From the IMG/VR virus record IMGVR_UViG_3300046804_005798, positions 8,884-72,883 of that record: a stretch of DNA of 64,000 bases; one strand, given 5' to 3'. Below are positions 57,112 through 64,000 of this stretch, in pieces (the first letter of the stretch is position 1; each line of letters starts with the position of its first letter). This stretch comes from a virus. The translations under genes were made by a program, and so were the position numbers. The notes beneath the pieces were generated by a model. The model ran no database searches and was not told the DNA's origin. It saw nothing but the letters and a program-made list of their open reading frames with translations.

Positions 57112-60100
57112 ATGCCAGCAAATAATAAGCAGACTACTCTCGATCTTAATGGTCCTATTTTATCATTTATAGTACAACCTTCTTCAATTTCGGCTTGTGG
57201 TATTGTAACTTTTGTTGGAATTGCAACAGCAACTTTTCCATCACAAACACCTTCCAATTCAGCCACTCCAACAGGTTACATCTCTTACAAATGGTACGCT
57301 CAAGACACTCAATCATCTACAGTTAAGTTAACTGATGGATCTTTTAATGGAGCAACTATTTCCGGTTCCTCAACTAATACTTTAACAATAGATTCTCCTG
57401 TTTATCTTAATAAGTATAAATTTTTTGTAGAAGCGGATTATATTCCTTCAGCATATGTAGTTTCTGGATCTGATGTTACTGCTGGTACTGCAAGATCTAC
57501 CGGTAATGCTATTAATGATCCAATAAATTCCAATACTGCAGTATTGACTGCATACCCAGAAATTACAATCATTCAACATCCAAGATCTGTTACATTGGAA
57601 GAATCTGTTTTGAGGATTATAGATGGTTCTGGGACTGATACGTATCTTAAATTAAAAGACACTCCTTTTTATAATGACTTTGATCCGGGAAAAATATATA
57701 CAATTATTTCAAGTAATGATGTTAAAGTTGATGTCCAAGTTTCAGGTGCAGGTGGAGGTTCATCTTATGTTGGAGATGCAAAATCTGTTGGTGGTAACGG
57801 TGGTCTTTCTTCTGGCAAACTTACTCTCCTTGCTGACAAAGAATATAAGTTAATTGTTGGTGGTGCAGGAGGAAATTCTTTAGGAACTCCAGGTATTAAT
57901 GGAGGTGGGAGTAATACTAGAGGTGGTGGCGGCGGCGGTTATAGTGGAATATTTTTTGGATCCGTATCACAAAATAATGCACTAATAATCGCTGGTGGTG
58001 GCGGCGGTGGTGGAACTTTATTTGGAACTAATTATATTTCTAATGTTTATCATGTGTTTAATAATAGTTTGAACAGGCACGAGTTAACACAAACTAGTCG
58101 AGATATTACTGTTAACTATGTTGGAGCAAGTGCAGCTGATGGTTTACCTTGTAGTAATAATTTATCATATAAGCATTACCAAATAATTTTTAAAACTCCT
58201 TTTACGGATGATACTTATTCTATTGAAATCACTAATATAGCACAACAAACTGCAGGTGGAGGATATAAAAGTATTAGCAATAGTGGAATATCAGAAAAAA
58301 CTAAATTTGGATTTAGGATTTGGTTCTGTGCAAATGGATATAATAGTTATGTGAGATCTTTTTCTATTCGCACTAATGGTCTAAAGGAAGGATTTAACTA
58401 TCAACAAGAGGCATCTACTGGAGGTGATGGTGGAGGTTCTTCTGGAAAAAATTCCAATGCTATTGGAAGTGGTAAAGCAGGAACTCAGTCTTCTGGTGGT
58501 ATAGGTGGCCAAGGTAATGGGACTCCTGGAAATCCTGGTACTATCCTGACCGGAGGATCTGGGGCTGGTGGCGGTGGTGGTGGATATTATGGTGGTGGAG
58601 GAGGAGTAATAAGTTCTAATTCAGCGTCTTTAACTGATGGTGGTGGAGGAGGAGGTTCTGGATATCTTCATCCAACATTAATTACTGATGGATCTACAAA
58701 ACAGGGAGCAGGAGCATCTGCCTCAACTGATGGTTCAATATTACTTGATTTTGAACCAATTACTTCAACTGCTCAGGAATTTGAAGCAACTTTTTCTGTT
58801 AATGCTGAAGTAGATGATGATTCTGACAATCAAATTTTATATCAATGGCAATTAAATGGTGTTGATTTGGTTGATGGAGCAAGCACAAAAGAAACCAAAA
58901 AAATAATTAGAATTCCATCAAATAAGTATGGATATCCAGCAAATTCCCTTTTAAGACTTCCTCTTTGGGACAAGAACTCAGATTCTGTTTTGGATTTAAT
59001 CGACCTTACCAATGTTGCAAACACAGTTACTAATACCGGGGTATCATGGGTAACAGGTGGAGGAAAATTCTATAATGGATATGCATATTTTAATGGAAAT
59101 TCGCATCTTGAGATATCTCCTACTTCTGATTTTAATTTTGGACTAGGTGATTTTACCGTAGAATCTTGGGTATATTTTACTCAAAGTGGAATTAATGAAA
59201 TATTTTCTTGTGGACCTTATACGACTGAGAGAAGTGCAACGTCAGCAAGATCCCAAAGTACATATCCAACTACAAATGATGGGTGGTATACTAGAAGTGG
59301 AGTACAACAAGATAATCCATATACTAATGTAAGACAACTAGTAATTCGTTGGGGAGGAACTACAATTTATGATAGTTCCAAAAACACAAACATACCTATA
59401 CCTTCAAGTAATTCTGGTGTAACTGTTGGAAATTATACTTATTTTCCAATTTCAGGGAGAACAGGCACTTCTCAATATGGATGGTCAAGCGATTACAATA
59501 ATGCATTTAATGTTTATAGAGTTTCTTCTTCTTTTACGATTAGAAAAAATTTATCATCACAACTTGAGGCATCTGTAGCAGGAACTTTTGTTTCCGGTGG
59601 AACTTTAAATTTATATACTTGGCATCACGTAGCAGTGTCAAGAAAAGAAGGGTCTATTAAGTTGTTTATTGATGGAAAAACAGTTGCCACTCAATCTTGG
59701 AGAGATATAAACATTAAGTCATCTTCTCCTGTTTTAATTGGAAAGGCATTGAATGCAATTCAAGAATATCCTATAGTTGGAAGAATGCAAGACTTTCAAG
59801 TATATGGAATTTCAAAATATACATCGGATTTTACTGTTCCTTTATCTGGAATGGTTGACTCAAGCCTTGTTTTGGATTTGCCTTTATGGGACGAAGGTAC
59901 AGGAACTTTAAAACTTACTGATTTATCTCCAAATAAAAAAACAATAACTGATGAGTTAACTTATGGAAAGTCGCCCTTATGGAATAAGGGTACTGGGAAA
60001 TTTTATGGAGGTGCTGCTTATTTTAATGGAAAACATTATTTGAATGTTGGGTCAAGTCAAGACTTTAATTTTGGAACTGGAGACTTTACTCTAGAATTGT

Positions 60101-62262
60101 GGTGCAAATTTTCTACATGGACTACTGCTACTACGGAAGTTTTAGTAAATGTTGGTGAAGGTGGTAGTGGTAGGGGAATACGGTTTGCATTATCTAGGAA
60201 CAGTGTCGAAGGGGCCACTTTTTATCTCGCAGACATAAATTCGCGTAGATCAATTGGAACTGTTAGTAATTTGAAAATTGGAACTTGGAGGCATTTAGCA
60301 GTTTCTAAGTCTTCCACATCTGTCAAATTTTATGTTGATGGCAAATTAATATCATCTACAAATACTTCTTCGTGGTCATCTGGAATATTTGGTGGAGATT
60401 CGTATGGTTATATTGGATTGTTACGTGGTTCTGAACCAAATTATCCTCAATGTTATATGCAGGACCTTAAAATTTATAAAGGTCTCAATAAATATCCAAC
60501 AGAATTTACTCCCAACCAAAACTCTAGCATATCGCTTCAATCGGATACTTCCTCATATATTGAAAAATCTATTACTAGTGTCAGTGGATCCAAGACAAAA
60601 AATCTTACCATATCCACAGATGATGTTTCTTATAATTTGTTAAGATGCAATATAACACATCCAACAGCTTGTAATTCTCCATTATACACAAATAGTGTTG
60701 AGTATAATGTTATATCGACATATCAAATTGCCCCAACAGTTGTTCCGGATGAACCTGTTACTCCCCGTGCTATTTTAGAAATGGAAGTTTATTATGCTAA
60801 TGCGACAATGGATTCCAAAACTATTAATCTTTCTACTGAAGGATCATATTCGATATTTAGAACAGTAGAATCAGAATTAATACAAAATACTAATATTACA
60901 TCTTCCGATACTATTTGTTTATATGCAAAAGAGAGAGATCTTTATGTTGAAGTAGAAATGTATGGGTCTTCTGGATCTGGGGCTGGTGGCGGTGGTGGTA
61001 GTAATAATGGTGGAGAGGGAGGATATTCAAAAATTAGATTTTTGATGAAAAAGAATGAAGAATATATTTTGCGTGGAATTAAATCACAAGGTGCTCTTTG
61101 GTTATATAGAAAGGCAAAATTAATTGCTTGTGTTGGCCAAGGTGGATCTTCGGGAAAAGGTATCTCTAATAAAGTGGGCGACCGTGGCGGCCGAGGAGGT
61201 GGAGTTGGTGTAAGTGGCGAAAATGGATCAAATAAACTTGGAGTAGGCGGAAAAGGTGGCGTAGCAATACAGTCCGGACAATTATCAGGAAATGGAATTT
61301 TTGGTTCCTCATCTTCAGAAGTTTTTATATATCCAGAGGACTCAAGAGCCACAAGAAGTCAGACTGGAGGTGGTGGTAGAACAATTTCTTGTACAAAAGG
61401 TGTATATTGGAGGAAGCAAGGAAAAACTGCGTGTGAGGATCTGGGTAAAATAAAATTTTTCTTAGGTGATGGAACAGTAATTCAAAATAGTGCCCAAATT
61501 GACAGAGGATATAAGGATGGATATCCTATAAATCAAACTGGTGGTGCTGGACTTAGTTTTACTGGCGAAGGAGGGCATGGGGCAACAGGCGGAAATTCCG
61601 GAAGTGGGGATTCACTTCTGGGTGCTGGCGGCGGTGGATCTGGATATCATGATGGATCAGTAAGTGTTATAGAAACAACTCTTGGTGGAAATTCATCAAG
61701 AAATACTAGATTTGTTATAAGGGATATAAGCGAAACTCCAAATGATTTTGGCGATTTCTACCAAGATTCTACAGGAAGAATATTAATATTTTCTGCTGCT
61801 ACTGCAGGTAAAGATCCAAGAACTCTTACAAAAACTATTGGAAAAGTTCTTCCTGGGACAGATGCATGTATTGATGATGCAAGATGGCAGAGATTTTTGG
61901 AACTTGCTGCAACACAAGATTATCGTTTAACTGCTACTCTTGATGGAAGAACAACATCAATTACAAAAGCACAACCTTTTAATATTAGAAGAATGCTCAA
62001 TGCAAATTATGTTAAACTCAAAACTAGTTTGACTGATTGGCAACTTGTTCAATATGCATATCCTCTATATTGTTTAGCATGGGACGAAACCAATCTTTCT
62101 TCTCCTGGATATGGTAGTGATTATTCTATTCTTTCTTGGTCAGGAACTAATTATTATTATGGATATTATGGAGATTCTTCTAACTCATTCTTTTCTACAA
62201 CAACATATAGTCATACTACTGCCAATTACTGGATTCTTCCTCCAGGAGTTCCTGATTTTTAA
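57112..62262 (+). CDS. Virion adhesin with Ig-like, Gly-rich and two LamG/ConA-like domains
   Basis: YKW/YQWQ Ig motifs; GDFTVE.W...WHHVAVSR...FIDG twice; polyglycine segments. Confidence 0.8.
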   Translation: MPANNKQTTLDLNGPILSFIVQPSSISACGIVTFVGIATATFPSQTPSNSATPTGYISYKWYAQDTQSSTVKLTDGSFNGATISGSSTNTLTIDSPVYLNKYKFFVEADYIPSAYVVSGSDVTAGTARSTGNAINDPINSNTAVLTAYPEITIIQHPRSVTLEESVLRIIDGSGTDTYLKLKDTPFYNDFDPGKIYTIISSNDVKVDVQVSGAGGGSSYVGDAKSVGGNGGLSSGKLTLLADKEYKLIVGGAGGNSLGTPGINGGGSNTRGGGGGGYSGIFFGSVSQNNALIIAGGGGGGGTLFGTNYISNVYHVFNNSLNRHELTQTSRDITVNYVGASAADGLPCSNNLSYKHYQIIFKTPFTDDTYSIEITNIAQQTAGGGYKSISNSGISEKTKFGFRIWFCANGYNSYVRSFSIRTNGLKEGFNYQQEASTGGDGGGSSGKNSNAIGSGKAGTQSSGGIGGQGNGTPGNPGTILTGGSGAGGGGGGYYGGGGGVISSNSASLTDGGGGGGSGYLHPTLITDGSTKQGAGASASTDGSILLDFEPITSTAQEFEATFSVNAEVDDDSDNQILYQWQLNGVDLVDGASTKETKKIIRIPSNKYGYPANSLLRLPLWDKNSDSVLDLIDLTNVANTVTNTGVSWVTGGGKFYNGYAYFNGNSHLEISPTSDFNFGLGDFTVESWVYFTQSGINEIFSCGPYTTERSATSARSQSTYPTTNDGWYTRSGVQQDNPYTNVRQLVIRWGGTTIYDSSKNTNIPIPSSNSGVTVGNYTYFPISGRTGTSQYGWSSDYNNAFNVYRVSSSFTIRKNLSSQLEASVAGTFVSGGTLNLYTWHHVAVSRKEGSIKLFIDGKTVATQSWRDINIKSSSPVLIGKALNAIQEYPIVGRMQDFQVYGISKYTSDFTVPLSGMVDSSLVLDLPLWDEGTGTLKLTDLSPNKKTITDELTYGKSPLWNKGTGKFYGGAAYFNGKHYLNVGSSQDFNFGTGDFTLELWCKFSTWTTATTEVLVNVGEGGSGRGIRFALSRNSVEGATFYLADINSRRSIGTVSNLKIGTWRHLAVSKSSTSVKFYVDGKLISSTNTSSWSSGIFGGDSYGYIGLLRGSEPNYPQCYMQDLKIYKGLNKYPTEFTPNQNSSISLQSDTSSYIEKSITSVSGSKTKNLTISTDDVSYNLLRCNITHPTACNSPLYTNSVEYNVISTYQIAPTVVPDEPVTPRAILEMEVYYANATMDSKTINLSTEGSYSIFRTVESELIQNTNITSSDTICLYAKERDLYVEVEMYGSSGSGAGGGGGSNNGGEGGYSKIRFLMKKNEEYILRGIKSQGALWLYRKAKLIACVGQGGSSGKGISNKVGDRGGRGGGVGVSGENGSNKLGVGGKGGVAIQSGQLSGNGIFGSSSSEVFIYPEDSRATRSQTGGGGRTISCTKGVYWRKQGKTACEDLGKIKFFLGDGTVIQNSAQIDRGYKDGYPINQTGGAGLSFTGEGGHGATGGNSGSGDSLLGAGGGGSGYHDGSVSVIETTLGGNSSRNTRFVIRDISETPNDFGDFYQDSTGRILIFSAATAGKDPRTLTKTIGKVLPGTDACIDDARWQRFLELAATQDYRLTATLDGRTTSITKAQPFNIRRMLNANYVKLKTSLTDWQLVQYAYPLYCLAWDETNLSSPGYGSDYSILSWSGTNYYYGYYGDSSNSFFSTTTYSHTTANYWILPPGVPDF

Positions 62263-62304
62263 TTATAAATAACTAATAATCTAACTGGGGGAGAGTGAAC
62301 CCAA

Positions 62305-64000
62305 ATGGCAATTAATAAGAATTTTGTCGTAAAGAACGGGTTAGAAGTCGATACAAATCTTATTATTGCAGATTCTAATTCTAATCGCGTTGGTATAGGA
62401 ACTACTCTCCCCCAATATAAATTCGAAGTTACTGAAGATATTGGGTCAAAAACTTTATATGTTGGTCCATCCAAAAATACATTTTCAGTTGTTACTGGAC
62501 CAACTGGACTTGGAAATTCTGTAGGAATTGGAACGTCCTTACCTGGATATTTGCTAGATATACAATCTCCAGTAAGTACTGGACAAACTGCTGTTTATGT
62601 AAAAGGTGACGTTAGAGTTACTGGAATATCAACAATTGAAACTTCATTATTTGTAACTGGAGGTCCTATAGTTGTTGGATCGGTTTCTCCGACAGGAACA
62701 GCAAATCAGATATTACAACTTCATACAGGTGGAGCTTATATTGCTGATAATGTCGGTATAGGAACAACCACTCCGGGAGCAGAATTGCACGTAGTTCCAA
62801 CATCAACCGGTATTGCAGGACTCTTTTCTGGATCAACTTCTGCAGATTTGGTTAGAATTACTCAATCAGGGTCTGGAAATGCATTAGTTGTTGAAGATAC
62901 TGCAAATCCAGATTCAACTCCCTTTGTTGTAAGCACTATTGGTAATGTAGGACTTGCAACCACAAATCCAACGTCAAAACTTCATGTTATTGGTGATGTA
63001 TTAGTAACTGGTATCTCCACATTTAACAATAGAGTAGACGTTGATACCGATTTAAATGTTGATAGAAATGTAACTGTAACTGGAATCTCTACATTTACCA
63101 ATTATATTGATGCTAATGGTGGTGCTTATATTGATAACATCCAAATAGGTATAAGTGGTGATAATGAAATTGATACTACCACAGGTATTTTAACTCTTGA
63201 TTCTGCTGCAGGACAAGTAACCGTTGATGATAGATTATTAGTAACTGGTATCTCCACATTTAACAATAGAGTAGACGTTGATACCGATTTAAATGTTGAT
63301 AGGAATGTAACTGTAACTGGAATCTCTACATTTACTGGTAATGTAGATGCTAATGGTGGTGCTTATATTGATAACATCCAAATAGGTATAAGTGGTGATA
63401 ATGAAATTGATACTACGTCTGGAATCTTAACGATTGATTCTTCTGCCGGTCAAGTAACCGTTGATGATAGATTATTAGTAACTGGTATCTCCACATTTAA
63501 CAATAGAGTAGACGTTGATACCGATTTAAATGTTGATAGGAATGTAACTGTAGTTGGATTTTCTACCTTTAATAATCTTGTAGATATTGATACCGATTTA
63601 AATGTTGATAGAAATGTAACTGTAGTTGGATTTTCTACCTTTAATAACCGAGTAGACATTGATACCGATTTAAATGTTGATAGAAATGTAACTGTAGTTG
63701 GATTTTCTACATTCACCAATGGCCCTCTATTAATAGGCAGTGGAGCATCAACAGGAACCGCATCGCAAACACTTCAAGTTAATAGTGGTGGTGCTTATGT
63801 TTCTGGTAATGTTGGAATAGGAATTACAAATCCAACATCAAAACTCCATGCAGTTGGTGATGCATTGATTGTCGGTGTTGTAACTTCTAATGGTTTTAAT
63901 GCGACTACTGGTAATGATTATAAAATTAATAATACTTCAGTTCTTACATCAACAACTCTAGGTTCTGGAGTAGTTAATTCATCTTTAACTTCTGTTGGAA
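62305..64000 (+). CDS. Tail fibre, truncated by the window edge
   Basis: MAINKNFVVKNGLEV...RVGIGTT; open to the end; TATAAATA at 62264-62271. Confidence 0.8.
   Translation, partial: MAINKNFVVKNGLEVDTNLIIADSNSNRVGIGTTLPQYKFEVTEDIGSKTLYVGPSKNTFSVVTGPTGLGNSVGIGTSLPGYLLDIQSPVSTGQTAVYVKGDVRVTGISTIETSLFVTGGPIVVGSVSPTGTANQILQLHTGGAYIADNVGIGTTTPGAELHVVPTSTGIAGLFSGSTSADLVRITQSGSGNALVVEDTANPDSTPFVVSTIGNVGLATTNPTSKLHVIGDVLVTGISTFNNRVDVDTDLNVDRNVTVTGISTFTNYIDANGGAYIDNIQIGISGDNEIDTTTGILTLDSAAGQVTVDDRLLVTGISTFNNRVDVDTDLNVDRNVTVTGISTFTGNVDANGGAYIDNIQIGISGDNEIDTTSGILTIDSSAGQVTVDDRLLVTGISTFNNRVDVDTDLNVDRNVTVVGFSTFNNLVDIDTDLNVDRNVTVVGFSTFNNRVDIDTDLNVDRNVTVVGFSTFTNGPLLIGSGASTGTASQTLQVNSGGAYVSGNVGIGITNPTSKLHAVGDALIVGVVTSNGFNATTGNDYKINNTSVLTSTTLGSGVVNSSLTSVG
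63001..63712 (+). repeat. Nested in-frame tandem repeats (237-bp and 72-bp periods)
   Basis: TTAGTAACTGGTATCTCCACATTTAAC... at 63001, 63238 and 63475; GATACCGATTTAAATGTTGATAG at 63517, 63589 and 63661. Confidence 0.9.

Noticed and set aside
63001-63712. Possible CRISPR array
   Set aside because: The periods are multiples of 3, there are no unique spacers, and it lies inside a continuous ORF; no cas genes are present. The PD-(D/E)xK nuclease at 25153 is a standard T4-like exonuclease.

Overview
An AT-rich 64 kb segment of a T4-like cyanomyovirus, probably infecting freshwater picocyanobacteria (inferred from psbA, cp12, thyX, phoH, speD and the T4-type core genes). Left to right it holds: a minus-strand operon of secreted/membrane proteins interrupted by a GIY-YIG endonuclease; two modular tail-fibre genes, a Gly-rich protein and two 2OG-Fe(II) oxygenases; psbA split by two group I introns (the first encodes an HNH, and a free-standing EndoVII-type nuclease follows); a block of small early/middle genes; thyX, phoH, an exonuclease, gp33, gp59 and gp32; the baseplate/tail module (gp53, gp48, gp2, gp4, gp54-like, gp26, gp51, tape-measure-like proteins, gp27-like, cp12, gp5); two tRNA genes; an HNH and a Mom-like gene; and three giant virion proteins. 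The most striking signals are non-coding. (1) An NtcA-type palindrome precedes a tandem glutamine-riboswitch-like RNA. Its first aptamer encloses a whole 67-aa ORF in its P2 loop, and a DUF4278-like peptide gene follows. (2) A phage tRNA-Leu(UAA) carries a cyanobacterial/plastid trnL-type group I intron. (3) A -1 slippery site could fuse gp26 to gp51 just upstream of the tape-measure-like genes, like lambda G/GT. (4) A consensus sigma70 promoter and a terminator define a ~60-nt candidate sRNA. All family assignments come from motif recognition by eye; no searches were run.
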